Shown: positions 29,860-42,096, counted from the first letter of the stretch. The stretch: DNA of 64,000 nucleotides from Glaciecola sp. (GCA_040514355.1 JBEVCF010000042.1:5200-69199), one strand, 5' to 3'. The notes: a model not told the origin generated them from the letters alone. Numbers and translations are program-made.

Positions 29860-30741
29860 TTATAAAATATATACAAAGAAAAACAACATAACCCAAACAA
29901 CATCAACAAAGTGCCAGTACCATGAACCCGCTTGAAAGGCGAAGTGATTGTCAGGTGTAAAGTGGCCCTTTTGTATGCGTAAGAACAATACTATTAGGAT
30001 GACTGTCCCTAAAGTAACATGCATACCGTGGAAACCAGTCAATAAAAAGAATGTATTGCCGTAAATACCCGAATCAAGCGTCAAACCAATATTGTAAGCA
30101 TGAATATATTCATACACTTGCAACGCTAAGAATATACAGCCCAACAAAATAGTTGCGCCAAGCATCACGGATAATTGTTTTCGTTTATTCTGCTCTAATC
30201 CAACGTGCGCATAATGACACGTTACCGAAGATGCTAACAGTAATAAGGTATTGATCAAAGGCAACCCAAACCATCCCATTTGCGTTGACTCAGTCCCACC
30301 TGGTGTTTGCAATAATGGCCATACTGCTTCAAACCCAGGCCATAGCACTGCATTGGTCATGGCATTGTTAGATGCTCCGCCTAGCCATGGGATAGCAATC
30401 ATACGTGCATAAAATAGCGCGCCAAAAAAAGCGGCAAAGAACATCACTTCAGAGAAAATGAACCATGCCATACCCTGTCGATAAGAGCGACCTAGTTGAT
30501 CTGAATACAAGCCTGCCATGGATTCGTGAATTTGGTTACGGAACCATCCCGTCACCATGAAAATCAACATTGCTAAGCCTGCTAGTAAAACCCAGCCGCC
30601 AAATCCTTCTTTTCCCTTGGTCATCTCAACAGTGAAGTTGGCGGCCCCAACTGCAATTAAAAAGAGGGCAATTGCACCGACAATTGGCCAAGGACTCGAT
30701 TCTGGTACGTAATATTTTTGGTATTCTTGCTGCTGTGCCAT
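29860..30741 (-). CDS. coxC: Cytochrome c oxidase subunit III
   Basis: SPWPI, FIFSEVMFF, TGFHGMHV, WYWHFVDVVW. Confidence 0.96.
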   Translation of the reverse strand: MAQQQEYQKYYVPESSPWPIVGAIALFLIAVGAANFTVEMTKGKEGFGGWVLLAGLAMLIFMVTGWFRNQIHESMAGLYSDQLGRSYRQGMAWFIFSEVMFFAAFFGALFYARMIAIPWLGGASNNAMTNAVLWPGFEAVWPLLQTPGGTESTQMGWFGLPLINTLLLLASSVTCHYAHVGLEQNKRKQLSVMLGATILLGCIFLALQVYEYIHAYNIGLTLDSGIYGNTFFLLTGFHGMHVTLGTVILIVLFLRIQKGHFTPDNHFAFQAGSWYWHFVDVVWVMLFFFVYIL

Positions 30742-30752
30742 TAGGCTCTCCT

Positions 30753-31325
30753 TTACTCTGCTGGCTCTGAAGTCACATCCGCCGATGTGCCTGTAATGTC
30801 ATACAAAGTATATTGAACTGTGAAAAAGTTAATATCTTCAGGAAGCTGCGGATCAATGTAAAACTGCATTGGCATCACCGCTTCTTGTCCTGAAGGTAAG
30901 GGTTGGTTATTGAAGCAAAAGCACTCTGTTTTGTTGAGATACAACGCTGCTGTACCGGGTGAAACAGAGGGGATAGCTTGCCCAACAATATCGCGTTGAG
31001 CAGGGTTGCGGACATAAAATTCAACGGTATTCAACTCACCTGGGTGTACTTGTACCGTTTCTGTTTTTGCTTCGAATTTCCATGGCATACCGGTCATTGT
31101 TTTTGTTATAAATTGAACGGTAATCATGCGCGAGTCGTCTATCTCTACCGCCTCATAACTCGCTGCTGTCTCATTAGTCTTGCCATTGATCCCTGTGATA
31201 TCACAAAATACGTCATATAACGGCACCAATGCAAAACCAAAAGCAAACATACCCAATACGATACCAACGAGTTTTACCACTAGGCGTGTATTGGGATTGG
31301 TAGCTTGCTTCTGGCTCATAGTCAC
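30753..31325 (-). CDS. ctaG: Cytochrome c oxidase assembly protein CtaG/Cox11
   Basis: VPLYDVFCDITG, KTECFCF. Confidence 0.95.
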   Translation of the reverse strand: MTMSQKQATNPNTRLVVKLVGIVLGMFAFGFALVPLYDVFCDITGINGKTNETAASYEAVEIDDSRMITVQFITKTMTGMPWKFEAKTETVQVHPGELNTVEFYVRNPAQRDIVGQAIPSVSPGTAALYLNKTECFCFNNQPLPSGQEAVMPMQFYIDPQLPEDINFFTVQYTLYDITGTSADVTSEPAE

Positions 31326-31328
31326 TCC

Positions 31329-32933
31329 TTATTTCACTACTGGTGGAGTATCAAAGGTGTGATACGGTGCAGGAGAAGGAATTTCCCACTCTAAACCTTC
31401 TGCACCATCCCAGACTTGGTCAGATACAGGTTCACCTTGATGACGACACGCTTTGATTAACAGAGCTAAGAAAATTAACTGCGATAAACCAAAGGCAAAG
31501 CCACCAATACTGATCCACTTGTTAAAGTCAGCGAATTGCAAAGCGTAGTCAGGAATACGGCGAGGCATGCCTGCCAAACCCACAAAGTGCATGGGGAAGA
31601 ATAATACATTGACCGAAATCAATGACGCCCAGAAATGCCACTTCGCTAATGTAATGTCGTACATCACACCCGTCCACTTCGGCAACCAGTAGTAGGCCGC
31701 AGCCATGATTGAGAAGACAGCCCCGGTTACCAACACATAATGGAAATGAGCCACGACAAAATACGTGTCGTGATATTGGAAATCTACCGGCGTAATCGCC
31801 AACATCAAGCCTGATAAACCACCGATGGTAAACAAAATCACAAATGCGATTGCAAATAACATGGGGATTTCAAACGTCATCGCACCGCGCCACATTGTGG
31901 CAACCCAGTTAAAGACCTTCACACCTGTTGGCACTGATATCAGCATGGTCGCAAACATAAAGAACATCTCTGCAGCGACCGGCATACCTGTGGTAAACAT
32001 ATGGTGTGCCCATACGATAAAAGACAACAAAGCAATCGATGCCGTTGCATACACCATAGAGGCATAACCAAACAAGGGTTTACGTGCAAATGTTGGAATG
32101 ATATGCGAGATGATACCAAACGCTGGTAAAATCATAATATACACTTCAGGGTGACCGAAGAACCAGAAAATGTGCTGGAACATCACAGGATCACCACCGC
32201 CTGCAGCATTAAAAAAGCTCGTACCGAAGTATTTATCTGTCAGAACCATGGTCACTACACCTGCGAGTACAGGCATTACCGCAATCAGTAAGAATGCAGT
32301 GATTAACCATGTCCACACGAACATTGGCATCTTCATCCACGTCATGCCTGGAGCACGCATGTTCCAGATGGTGACGATTACATTAATGGCACCCATGATG
32401 GATGAAATACCCATGATATGTACTGAAAATACAAATAACGCTGTGCTATCACCTGAGTAAGTAGTAGATAGTGGGGCGTAAAACGTCCAACCAAATGCAG
32501 GACCACCACCTTCAACAAACAACGATGAAAGTAAAATTAAAAATGCAAACGGTAAGATCCAGAAGCTCCAGTTATTCATGCGCGGCAAAGCCATATCTGG
32601 CGCACCGATCATCATTGGGATCAACCAATTAGCTAACCCCGTGAAGGCCGGCATTACAGCACCAAAGACCATAATCAGACCGTGCACCGTCGTCATTTGA
32701 TTGAAAAACTGTGGATCGACAATTTGTAATCCGGGCTGGAACAATTCGGCACGGATGACCATTGCCATTGCGCCACCCGTCAAGAACATAATAAAAGAGA
32801 ACCACAAGTACAGAGTACCGATGTCTTTGTGGTTCGTTGTTAATAACCAACGCTTGATGCCTTTTGCTGGACCATGGTGATGGTCGTCATGAGCATCGTG
32901 TTGGAGTGTATCTGTCGCAGAACTCATGTTCAT
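31329..32933 (-). CDS. ctaD: Cytochrome c oxidase subunit I (A-type)
   Basis: [28 protein letters not shown]. Confidence 0.97.
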   Translation of the reverse strand: MNMSSATDTLQHDAHDDHHHGPAKGIKRWLLTTNHKDIGTLYLWFSFIMFLTGGAMAMVIRAELFQPGLQIVDPQFFNQMTTVHGLIMVFGAVMPAFTGLANWLIPMMIGAPDMALPRMNNWSFWILPFAFLILLSSLFVEGGGPAFGWTFYAPLSTTYSGDSTALFVFSVHIMGISSIMGAINVIVTIWNMRAPGMTWMKMPMFVWTWLITAFLLIAVMPVLAGVVTMVLTDKYFGTSFFNAAGGGDPVMFQHIFWFFGHPEVYIMILPAFGIISHIIPTFARKPLFGYASMVYATASIALLSFIVWAHHMFTTGMPVAAEMFFMFATMLISVPTGVKVFNWVATMWRGAMTFEIPMLFAIAFVILFTIGGLSGLMLAITPVDFQYHDTYFVVAHFHYVLVTGAVFSIMAAAYYWLPKWTGVMYDITLAKWHFWASLISVNVLFFPMHFVGLAGMPRRIPDYALQFADFNKWISIGGFAFGLSQLIFLALLIKACRHQGEPVSDQVWDGAEGLEWEIPSPAPYHTFDTPPVVK

Positions 32934-34090
32934 TACTCCCCTTTACCATTTGCTTGCAAAAATACATCTTTAGCTTGAATAACGTCACCGGTATCGTTGC
33001 CCCATGCATTTCGCGTATATGTGACGACTGCTGCAATTTCAGACAGCGTCAGTTGTTTTGAGAACGATTGCATGGCTGTACCTGCTCGACCGTTCAAAAT
33101 AATATCGATATGCCCTTTTTTGTCATTCAACGCCAAAGGACTTCCTTTCAGTGCAGGGAATACACCTGGCAGACCTTGGCCATTAGGCTGATGGCATGCC
33201 GCGCATTTAGCCATATATTGCTTTTGACCAATCGCCATTAATTCATCCATGCTCATATCCATCGCCAATAAACGCGCTTCTTCTGCTTTGGCCTCTTCAA
33301 TCGCTGCGATTTTTTCTGCTTTCCAAGCATTGTACTCTGCAGGCTCTTTAGCGATTACCACCACCGGCATAAATCCATGGTCTTTACCGCAAAGTTCTGC
33401 ACATTGTCCACGGTACACCCCCGGTACATCTACTTTGGTCCACGCTTCATTGATAAAACCTGGGTTAGCATCCTTTTTTACCGCAAAATCAGGCACCCAC
33501 CATGAGTGGATCACGTCATCAGAGGTAATGAGAAAACGAACTTTTTGGCCTGTTGGAATCACTAATGGACGGTCCACTTCTAACAAGTAGTTTTCGCCCT
33601 TATTGAATTTGTTTTGGATCTGCTCGCGCTGAGTCGCTAAGTTTGAGAAGTATTCGATATCACTATCCATATACTTGTAGTGCCACTTCCATTGAGAACC
33701 TGTCACCAGCACAGTCAAATCAGCTTCAGATGTATCTTCCATTGCGATAAGCGTTTTCGCAGCAGGAATGGCCATCAACACCAAAATAACAAACGGCACA
33801 ACGGTCCAGGCGATCTCAACCTTCACACTCTCATGAAAGTTGGCTGGTTTGACACCCCGTGATTTCCGATGTAAGAACATTGAAATGAACATCACACCAA
33901 ATACCACCACGCCAATACCTATACAGATATAGAACATTAGCATATGCAAATCATACACTTGGGCACTGATTTCCGTAACTCCAGTGCGCAAATTCAGATC
34001 GCTACGCTCTACTTGAGCACTTTGTGCCCAAGCTACAAACGAGAATAACGTACATGACATTGCGATTAACGTTTTTTTGAGTAAGCCCAC
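32933..34090 (-). CDS. coxB: Cytochrome c oxidase subunit II with fused C-terminal cytochrome c (caa3-type)
   Basis: DVIHSW, CuA motif [12 protein letters not shown], heme c motif CAACH; GTG start after GAGG. Confidence 0.95.
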   Translation of the reverse strand: MGLLKKTLIAMSCTLFSFVAWAQSAQVERSDLNLRTGVTEISAQVYDLHMLMFYICIGIGVVVFGVMFISMFLHRKSRGVKPANFHESVKVEIAWTVVPFVILVLMAIPAAKTLIAMEDTSEADLTVLVTGSQWKWHYKYMDSDIEYFSNLATQREQIQNKFNKGENYLLEVDRPLVIPTGQKVRFLITSDDVIHSWWVPDFAVKKDANPGFINEAWTKVDVPGVYRGQCAELCGKDHGFMPVVVIAKEPAEYNAWKAEKIAAIEEAKAEEARLLAMDMSMDELMAIGQKQYMAKCAACHQPNGQGLPGVFPALKGSPLALNDKKGHIDIILNGRAGTAMQSFSKQLTLSEIAAVVTYTRNAWGNDTGDVIQAKDVFLQANGKGE

Positions 34091-34323
34091 TCAACACCTC
34101 CGCGGTTTTTATACCCGGCCTTAATTCCATGTTTTGAGTTTGTTAGATTGTTAAAATCAAAGGTGAAATGTAAAGCGCAGAACTAAATATCGTTAACAAT
34201 ATGTTAAACAATGTATGCAAAATGCACAATACGTTTATAGGCATTAATCAAAAAAAAGATAAAAAATCGACACCACAAGTATTTTTTGATTAAAAATCAA
34301 GCAAATACACTGTAATTCAGGAT

Positions 34324-34380
34324 AAAAAAAAGCCAGTGAGACGGTTGCTTAAATAATGTTAGCTAACCGACTTACTGACT
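34324..34380 (-). terminator. Probable terminator downstream of lexA
   Basis: Imperfect stem AGCCAGTGAG-CGGTT...AACCG-CTTACTGACT with a T run on the minus strand. Confidence 0.55.
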
Positions 34381-34402
34381 ATCTGGGTTGAACCGTTAAA
34401 GT

Positions 34403-35026
34403 CTACAACCAATCCGCATTGCGGATCACACCAACGGCGATACCTTCAATATTGAAATGCTGAGATGTTAAATCTACTTTGATAGGAGAGAATTCGTCAT
34501 TTTCTGCATGGAGAATAACTTGAGAGCCAGCCTTTTCAAGACGCTTGACCGTGACATCGTCATCTACTCTGGCTACGACAACCTGTCCATTGTGCACGTC
34601 GGTAGTGCGATGCACCGCTAACAAATCGCCATCGAGGATGCCTATGTCTTTCATACTCATACCATTTACCCGTAACAGGAAATCAGCAGGGGGATGAAAC
34701 AGACTTGGGTCGACTTGATAATGCGTTTCAACATGTTCTTGAGCAAGTATAGGTTCACCAGCTGCGACCATACCAATCAACGGCAGGCCTTCTTCTTCTG
34801 GTTCATCGTCTAAAGGAACATTCAATTTGATGCCACGAGATGTGCCTTTCATCATCTCAATCACCCCTTTTTTGGCCAAGGCTTTGAGGTGCTCTTCCGC
34901 GGCATTGGCTGACTTAAATCCCAACTGCCTTGCAATCTCTGCACGAGTAGGAGGCATACCGGTGTCCAGCATCGTAGATTTAATTAGTTCGAGGACTTCT
35001 TGCTGTCTAGGGGTTAATGGACGCAT
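34403..35026 (-). CDS. lexA: SOS repressor LexA
   Basis: [25 protein letters not shown] cleavage site, catalytic GMSM and VTVKR. Confidence 0.97.
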   Translation of the reverse strand: MRPLTPRQQEVLELIKSTMLDTGMPPTRAEIARQLGFKSANAAEEHLKALAKKGVIEMMKGTSRGIKLNVPLDDEPEEEGLPLIGMVAAGEPILAQEHVETHYQVDPSLFHPPADFLLRVNGMSMKDIGILDGDLLAVHRTTDVHNGQVVVARVDDDVTVKRLEKAGSQVILHAENDEFSPIKVDLTSQHFNIEGIAVGVIRNADWL

Positions 35027-35062
35027 AAGCTTTCCTTTGGCTTCAATATGGCAAAATCTAAA

Positions 35063-35114
35063 CTGTTTATAAAAACAGTATTGGTAGTATATCCAGTGCT
35101 GTATAAATTACAAG
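35063..35114. promoter_or_regulatory. Three tandem SOS (LexA) boxes
   Basis: CTGTTTATAAAAACAG (35063-78, perfect CTG-N10-CAG), TTGGTAGTATATCCAG (35081-96), CTGTATAAATTACAAG (35099-114). Confidence 0.85.
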
Positions 35115-35211
35115 GCTTTATTTTCCTTCCCTTCACTGTGCACACCAATTTACTACCTGAATGGATACTTTCAGGTTATAATCTCAATGTTTATATTTTA
35201 AGGAAACAGCT

Positions 35212-37662
35212 ATGTCAGCGCTTCGTCGGCTAATGATTTTTTTACTGTACTGGCCATTGCGTTTATTTATACGTCCTCACACGATCCCGAGTACATTAAG
35301 TGAGGAACTTCATATCGACCCTACCAAGCCGACTTTATACATTTTGCATACTGACTCTCTGTCGGACCATGTGGCATTATCGATTTCTGCAAAAAAACTA
35401 GGCCTAGCCAGTCCTTTTCAATCGTTACAACTCACAGCGAGTGAACACATCCACTCCTGTCTGTCTTTACATGCGCCCAAACCATTATTTGGTAAGCACA
35501 AAACGTCCAAACAACGCATGGAACAACAAATCGTCAAATTGTTTCACACCCATCGTTCGGCGCCTGAGCTCGACCTACAAATTGTACCGGTTTATATCAC
35601 CTGGGGCAGGGCACCAGACAAAAGTAAACCCGGGTTTAGTGATGTGATTGTAGATGTAGCTTCGCCAAGCTGGTTGCGCAAGTTATTCATTATTCTTTTT
35701 TTGGGACGAGATAGTTTTGTTTCATTTTCTCGTTCGGTGTCCTCGCAACACATGGCAGAACAACACGGCAGTGATGCGCAGATAGCGCGCAAATTAATCC
35801 GTGTGATAGGGACTCACTTCCAGCGTAAACGCCAAGGTTTAACTGGACCCACTTTATTAGAGCGTCAAACGTTACACAGTGCAGTCATTGGTTCTGATTC
35901 TGTCAAACGAGCCATCGAAGAATTGGTTGACACAAAAGGCAAGTCAAAAACTGAGGCAAAACGCGAAGCGCATGACTATCTCAATGAAATTGCCGCTGAT
36001 TATCGCGAAGGTTTAGTCCGAGCAGCAGATCGGATCCTCACCCCCATTTGGAATAAAATTTACAATGGGATCTCCGTCGGTAATGCCGCTAAAGTAAGAG
36101 AATTGTCTCAAAACGGTCACGAGATTGTATACGTGCCCTGCCATCGTTCGCATATGGACTATCTGTTATTAACGTATGTCATCTATAAAGAAGGACTGGT
36201 TACCCCGCACATTGCTGCCGGTATCAACCTAAATTTTTGGCCTGCTGGTCCGATTTTCCGTAAAGCGGGGGCATTCTTTTTACGCCGCAGTTTTGCAGGT
36301 AACAAGCTCTACACGGCGGTGTTTCGTGAGTACTTAGAATTACTTTTCAATAAAGGCTACTCCGTCAAATATTACCCAGAAGGTGGTCGCTCGAGAACGG
36401 GGCGTTTGCTACCGCCCAAAACAGGTATGCTAGCGATGACCGTGCAAGCCATGACCAAAGGTATTAATCGTCCTGTCAGTATTGTGCCGGTCTATATCGG
36501 ATATGAAAACGTTATGGAAGTTGGTTCGTACGTCAAAGAACTCAAGGGCAAATCCAAGAGCAAAGAGTCTCCGCTACAAGTACTTGGAGCGCTAAAAAAA
36601 TTACGTAACTACGGACATGGCTATCTCAACTTTGGCGAGCCTATTCAACTCAATAAATTTTTAGACCAGCATGCCCCTTCATGGAGCAAAGATAAGAATG
36701 CTGATCCAGATCGTAAACCCTTATGGCTCTCATCGGCGGTCAATCGTTTAGCCGATGATATCATGTTGGAAATTAATAAGTCTGGCGCACTCAACGGCAT
36801 GGCACTGACGTCTTTATGCTTGTTATCCTCTAAGATGTATACCATGGGCGAAAAAGACCTCAGCCAGGTATTGGATGATTACCTAAACTTTTTCCGTGCC
36901 TTGCCCTTCTCTGATACTGCCACAGTTCCAGATATCAACGGTGCGACGATGGTCCAGCAGACGTTGGCGTTGAAGCGACTCAACATTACCAAAGACAATT
37001 TTGGTACCTTAATTTCTCCACAAGACGGCAAGGCTGTTGTATTGACTTACTATCGCAACAACATCATTCATCAGTTTGCCTTGCCCGGTTTGATCATGTC
37101 TTTGGTGTTCGCATTAAACGGGTCAGATAAGAAAACCCTCAAACAACACGTCAATGTGATTTATCCGTTACTGCAGAAAGAGCTTTTTCTCCATCACAAT
37201 GAAGAAGCAGTGGATGTGCTAGTTGACGCAATCATTGAGCAATTCAAAATCCAAGGTTTGCTTATCTATGCTGGGAAAAAATGGTTACCACCAGCGACTG
37301 GCTCTGTGCAATACAATTCTGCTTGGATCCTGTCACGGGTGTTACAAGAGACATTCCAGCGCTATGCAGTCGTATTACAACAGCTCGGACGTTCCTCGAC
37401 GATGAGTCGGGGTGATCTAGAACGGGGGTCACGAAAAGTAGCTGAACGATTATCCAGTATGTTTGGTGTCAGTTCACCCGAATTTTCTGATAAAAATGTT
37501 TTTGCCACCTTGATTAATGGCTTGCGCGAAAATGGCTTAGTCACATCCAATGAATCAGGTTCACTAGCACTCAACGCAGCATCTGCCGAGTTGAGTGAAA
37601 TTGTGAATATTCTGGTGTGGCCAGAGATAGTACAGCACTTAGAAAATTTAGAGATTACCTAA
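35212..37662 (+). CDS. plsB: Glycerol-3-phosphate acyltransferase
   Basis: CHRSHMDYLL, GAFFLRR, YPEGGRSRTG; divergent from lexA. Confidence 0.96.
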   Translation: MSALRRLMIFLLYWPLRLFIRPHTIPSTLSEELHIDPTKPTLYILHTDSLSDHVALSISAKKLGLASPFQSLQLTASEHIHSCLSLHAPKPLFGKHKTSKQRMEQQIVKLFHTHRSAPELDLQIVPVYITWGRAPDKSKPGFSDVIVDVASPSWLRKLFIILFLGRDSFVSFSRSVSSQHMAEQHGSDAQIARKLIRVIGTHFQRKRQGLTGPTLLERQTLHSAVIGSDSVKRAIEELVDTKGKSKTEAKREAHDYLNEIAADYREGLVRAADRILTPIWNKIYNGISVGNAAKVRELSQNGHEIVYVPCHRSHMDYLLLTYVIYKEGLVTPHIAAGINLNFWPAGPIFRKAGAFFLRRSFAGNKLYTAVFREYLELLFNKGYSVKYYPEGGRSRTGRLLPPKTGMLAMTVQAMTKGINRPVSIVPVYIGYENVMEVGSYVKELKGKSKSKESPLQVLGALKKLRNYGHGYLNFGEPIQLNKFLDQHAPSWSKDKNADPDRKPLWLSSAVNRLADDIMLEINKSGALNGMALTSLCLLSSKMYTMGEKDLSQVLDDYLNFFRALPFSDTATVPDINGATMVQQTLALKRLNITKDNFGTLISPQDGKAVVLTYYRNNIIHQFALPGLIMSLVFALNGSDKKTLKQHVNVIYPLLQKELFLHHNEEAVDVLVDAIIEQFKIQGLLIYAGKKWLPPATGSVQYNSAWILSRVLQETFQRYAVVLQQLGRSSTMSRGDLERGSRKVAERLSSMFGVSSPEFSDKNVFATLINGLRENGLVTSNESGSLALNAASAELSEIVNILVWPEIVQHLENLEIT

Positions 37663-39198
37663 GAAAAACTGATAAGCAGGATTGTGGGTATGCTCTTCAT
37701 AGATAAACCCGAGCTGCCCCAGATGCGCTTTGAATGCATCATCCTGTTCTTCAGGCAAATCGAATCCGACTAACACCAATCCTTCTGCAGCACCATGATT
37801 GCGGTAGTGAAACAAAGTAATGTTCCATTTTGCACCCAGAGTATTCAAAAAATGCATCAGTGCACCGGGATACTCCGGGAACTCAAAGCCAAAGACGCGC
37901 TCTGCAATTTTAACGGGGGGTTTGCCACCCACCATGTGCCTGACATGCAGTTTCGCTAATTCATTTTGCGATAAATCGCACCATTCATAACCCGCTTGTT
38001 CTAACCTGGCTGTGAGCTGAGCATACTCTTCTAACCCGCGTTTGAGCTTGACGCCGACGAAGACATACGCTTCATCTTTGCTGGAAAAACGGTAGTTGAA
38101 TTCAGTAATGTTAATCCCACCTAACAGTTCACAAAAGGTTTTGAAAGAACCGGTTTTTTCGGGGATTTTGACCGCAAACACCGCTTCTTTACCTTCACCT
38201 AATTCGCAGCGTTCTGACACATAACGCAAGGTGTGAAAATTGATATTAGCACCACACAATATCCCACCTAAATGCTGGCCTGATAAATTGTGTGCTTGGC
38301 TGTATTTGCGGATCGCGGCGACCGATAACGCACCAGCTGGTTCAGCAATAACACGGGTATCATCAAAGATATCTTTAATCGCAGCACAAATTTCGTCATT
38401 ACTGACCGTGATCACCTCGTCTACATATTGCTGGCACAGGCGGAAGGTCTCCTGACCCATAATTTTCACCGCGACGCCATCTGCGAAGATCCCTACTGAT
38501 GGTAGTGGGACTGGTTTGCCAGCCTCAAGTGCCGCTTGCAAGCAAGCTGATTCTGCGGACTCTACCGCAACAATTTTGACCTCTGGGCGCAACTGCTTAA
38601 CATACACTGCAATACCCGCAGCTAGACCGCCGCCACCGACCGCAACAAATAACGTATCCAGCTCAGGATGTTGTTCGAGCATTTCTCTGGCGATCGTGCC
38701 TTGGCCCGCAATGACATCTGGATCGTCAAATGGCGGGATCATGGTCAAACCCTGCTCCACACTTAATTCTTTGGCTTTATCTGAGGCTTGATCAAAACTT
38801 GTCCCGTACTGCACAATGTTGACCCATTCACCACCAAAACGTCTTACCGCATCTACTTTGATGTCCGGGGTAGTTTCTGGCATAACAATGGTCGCACGGA
38901 TTTTTTTTCTAGCGGCAGCGTAGGCCATGCCCTGAGCATGATTGCCTGCAGACGCCGCGATCACTCCCGCTTTAAGCTGCTCATCCGAGAGTTGACTCAT
39001 GCGGTTATAGGCACCGCGTAACTTAAAGGATTTAACAGGTTGCTGATCTTCTCGTTTGAGTACAACCGTGTTGCCTAACTCTGCAGACAAACGGTTCATT
39101 ACCACACACTCAGAATTGACCGCCGCTTCATAAACGGGTGCAAGTAAGATTTTTTTTAAGTAATCGTTCGCTGATGGAACGTTAGATTGAGTACTCAC
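37648..39198 (-). CDS. ilvA: Threonine dehydratase, biosynthetic
   Basis: SFKLRGAYN, SAGNHAQG, VGGGGL, C-terminal regulatory repeats; GTG 39198 after AGAGG. Confidence 0.96.
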   Translation of the reverse strand: MSTQSNVPSANDYLKKILLAPVYEAAVNSECVVMNRLSAELGNTVVLKREDQQPVKSFKLRGAYNRMSQLSDEQLKAGVIAASAGNHAQGMAYAAARKKIRATIVMPETTPDIKVDAVRRFGGEWVNIVQYGTSFDQASDKAKELSVEQGLTMIPPFDDPDVIAGQGTIAREMLEQHPELDTLFVAVGGGGLAAGIAVYVKQLRPEVKIVAVESAESACLQAALEAGKPVPLPSVGIFADGVAVKIMGQETFRLCQQYVDEVITVSNDEICAAIKDIFDDTRVIAEPAGALSVAAIRKYSQAHNLSGQHLGGILCGANINFHTLRYVSERCELGEGKEAVFAVKIPEKTGSFKTFCELLGGINITEFNYRFSSKDEAYVFVGVKLKRGLEEYAQLTARLEQAGYEWCDLSQNELAKLHVRHMVGGKPPVKIAERVFGFEFPEYPGALMHFLNTLGAKWNITLFHYRNHGAAEGLVLVGFDLPEEQDDAFKAHLGQLGFIYEEHTHNPAYQFFLGNL

Positions 39199-39255
39199 AA
39201 GCAGCCTCTTAGATATATGCGGCGCCTCATCGGCGCCAACCAAAAGAAAAAGCGA

Positions 39256-41103
39256 TTAGATATCTTCTAATTTCGCCGGATCGCGGACCGCACCCTTGTC
39301 GGCACTAGTCGCTAACATCGCAAAATTGCGCAATGCCAGTGATACTTTGCGATCGCGATTTAGCGGTTTGTATGGACGCTCACGCGCCTCCATGGCTTCA
39401 CGTCGCGCTTGCATATCTGCATCACTGATGACCAGGTTAATACTGCGCTGAGGAATATCAATCGCGATTTCATCGCCATCTTCTACCAATGCGATACCAC
39501 CACCACTTGCTGCTTCTGGCGAACAGTGACCAATAGATAAACCCGATGTACCACCCGAGAAGCGGCCGTCCGTGATCAGTGCACATGCTTTGCCCAAGCC
39601 TTTGGATTTTAGGTATGAGGTTGGATAAAGCATCTCTTGCATACCAGGTCCACCTTTAGGTCCCTCATAACGAATGACCACAACATCCCCTTCGACAATT
39701 TGATCATTCAAAATCGCAGCGACGGCTTCGTCTTGCGATTCAAACACGCGCGCCTTGCCGTTAAATACATGGATGGACTCATCCACACCCGCGGTTTTTA
39801 CAATACAACCGTCTTCAGCTAAATTTCCAAACAACACCGCTAGACCCCCTTCTTGGCTAAACGCATGCTCGATGCTACGAATACAGCCATTTTCACGGTC
39901 TTTATCGGCAGTATCCCAACGACAATCTTGGCTAAATGCTTGAGTCGTACGAATACCAGCCGGTCCTGCTCGGTAGAATTTCTCTGCGTCTGGGTTGTCT
40001 TGCGTGATGTCCATACTGGCAATTACATCACCAATTGTGCCACCGAGGACGTGATTAGCATCCGCGTGCAACAGACCTGCTTTGTTCAATTCATTTAAAA
40101 TACCTAATACACCACCGGCGCGATGTACATCTTCCATGTGATACTGCGGTGTAGCAGGCGCTACTTTACATAAATGTGGGACTTTGCGGGACAAACGGTC
40201 AATGTCCGCCATAGTGAAGGGTACTTCACCTTCAATCGCAGCAGCTAGTAAGTGCAAAATCGTATTGGTTGACCCACCCATAGCAATATCCAAACTCATC
40301 GCATTTTCAAACGCTGTAAAGTTGGCAATATTGCGCGGTAATGCACGTTCGTCATCATCGCCATAGTAGCGTTGACAGAGCTTTACGATCTCTTGACCAG
40401 CACGAATGAACAACTGTTCACGGTCAGCATGGGTCGCTAGCATTGATCCGTTACCAGGCAGTGATAAACCCAATGCCTCAGTCAAACAGTTCATGGAGTT
40501 AGCGGTAAACATCCCCGAACACGAACCACATGTTGGACAAGCTGAACGCTCGATTTCTTCCGAATCGGCATCAGACACTTTATCGTCTGCAGCAGCAACC
40601 ATCGCATCAACTAAATCTAATTTGATGAGTTTGTCAGACAACTTAGTTTTGCCCGCTTCCATCGGTCCACCCGAGACAAAAATAACAGGGATATTAAGAC
40701 GCATAGCCGCCATTAGCATTCCTGGCGTAATCTTGTCACAATTGGAGATGCACACAATGGCATCGGCACAGTGCGCATTCACCATGTATTCGACTGAATC
40801 TGCGATGATTTCACGTGAAGGCAAGCTATACAGCATCCCCGCGTGTCCCATCGCAATGCCATCATCTACTGCAATGGTATTAAACTCTTTTGCCACGCCA
40901 CCGGCCGCTTCGATCGAGCGAGCAACTAATTGGCCCATGTCTTTTAGATGCACATGTCCTGGTACAAATTGGGTAAATGAGTTGGCGACCGCAATAATGG
41001 GTTTACCAAAATCGCTGTCTTTCATACCTGTGGCACGCCATAACGCACGTGCGCCTGCCATATTGCGACCTTGTGTGGTCGTTGCTGAACGAAGTTTTGG
41101 CAC
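39256..41103 (-). CDS. ilvD: Dihydroxy-acid dehydratase
   Basis: [37 protein letters not shown]; GTG 41103 after AGAGG. Confidence 0.97.
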   Translation of the reverse strand: MPKLRSATTTQGRNMAGARALWRATGMKDSDFGKPIIAVANSFTQFVPGHVHLKDMGQLVARSIEAAGGVAKEFNTIAVDDGIAMGHAGMLYSLPSREIIADSVEYMVNAHCADAIVCISNCDKITPGMLMAAMRLNIPVIFVSGGPMEAGKTKLSDKLIKLDLVDAMVAAADDKVSDADSEEIERSACPTCGSCSGMFTANSMNCLTEALGLSLPGNGSMLATHADREQLFIRAGQEIVKLCQRYYGDDDERALPRNIANFTAFENAMSLDIAMGGSTNTILHLLAAAIEGEVPFTMADIDRLSRKVPHLCKVAPATPQYHMEDVHRAGGVLGILNELNKAGLLHADANHVLGGTIGDVIASMDITQDNPDAEKFYRAGPAGIRTTQAFSQDCRWDTADKDRENGCIRSIEHAFSQEGGLAVLFGNLAEDGCIVKTAGVDESIHVFNGKARVFESQDEAVAAILNDQIVEGDVVVIRYEGPKGGPGMQEMLYPTSYLKSKGLGKACALITDGRFSGGTSGLSIGHCSPEAASGGGIALVEDGDEIAIDIPQRSINLVISDADMQARREAMEARERPYKPLNRDRKVSLALRNFAMLATSADKGAVRDPAKLEDI

Positions 41104-41163
41104 TGTATCCTCTCTTTGTTTCACTGTGAGCCAGTTGGCCCTGCATGTGCTCTAATACAAATA

Positions 41164-42096
41164 CTATTTATAAACTGGTGTTAACCAGTTCCATTTATCT
41201 GGGGTGGAACCATTAAATAAGCCAAAGAACATGTCTTGGACTTCTTTGGTAATAGGACCACGACCACCGTTACCTACAGCTATACCATCGACACTGCGCA
41301 CTGGTGTGACTTCAGCAGCCGTTCCGCACATGAAAATTTCATCGGCAAGGTACATTGATTCACGTGGGATGTTTTCTTCGCGGATCTCATATCCCAATTC
41401 TTTTAATAAGGTCATGCACGTATCGCGCGTAATGCCTGGTAAAATCGCCGCTGTCTTAGGCGTTGTCATCACCACTTTATCACGGATGACAAAAATGTTT
41501 TCACCCGCGCCTTCAGAGACATAACCATTTACGTCTAAGGCGATGCCTTCACCGTAACCATGACGACGCGCTTCCATTGAAATCAGTTGTGATGAAAGAT
41601 AGTTACCACCGGCTTTTGCACCTGTTGGTAGTGTATTGGCAGCTAAACGACTCCAAGAAGAAATACCTGCATCCACACCATTTTGTAATGCCTCTTCGCC
41701 TAAGTAAGCGCCCCATTCAAACGCCGCGATGCTCAACTCAGTTTCTTGGCCGAAGGGTACTTGGATGCCCATACCTAAATCACCGTAGAATGCGATAGGA
41801 CGAATATACGCTGATTGCAAATCATTAGCACGGATGATATCCATGGTCGCTTCATTGACTTGCTCTAGTGTGTAAGGGATAGTCATCCGATAAATTTTGG
41901 CAGAATCGAACAAACGACGGTTGTGGTCATTGAGACGGAATACACAGGTCCCTTGATCCGGCGTATTGTAGGCTCTGATACCCTCAAATACAGATGAGCC
42001 GTAATGAATGGCATGAGTCATGACATGTACCGTGGCATTTTGCCAAGGCATGATCTCGCCGTTAAACCAAATTTTTTCTGCTGGGGTCTTAGCCAT
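41164..42096 (-). CDS. ilvE: Branched-chain amino acid aminotransferase
   Basis: HYGSSVFEGIRAY, AKAGGNY, EGAGEN, LPGITR, GTAAE. Confidence 0.96.
   Translation of the reverse strand: MAKTPAEKIWFNGEIMPWQNATVHVMTHAIHYGSSVFEGIRAYNTPDQGTCVFRLNDHNRRLFDSAKIYRMTIPYTLEQVNEATMDIIRANDLQSAYIRPIAFYGDLGMGIQVPFGQETELSIAAFEWGAYLGEEALQNGVDAGISSWSRLAANTLPTGAKAGGNYLSSQLISMEARRHGYGEGIALDVNGYVSEGAGENIFVIRDKVVMTTPKTAAILPGITRDTCMTLLKELGYEIREENIPRESMYLADEIFMCGTAAEVTPVRSVDGIAVGNGGRGPITKEVQDMFFGLFNGSTPDKWNWLTPVYK

Noticed and set aside
40406-41155. 249-aa plus-strand ORF
   Set aside because: Lies antisense to ilvD in codon register and is Ser/Ala/Pro-rich with no motif; a shadow ORF.
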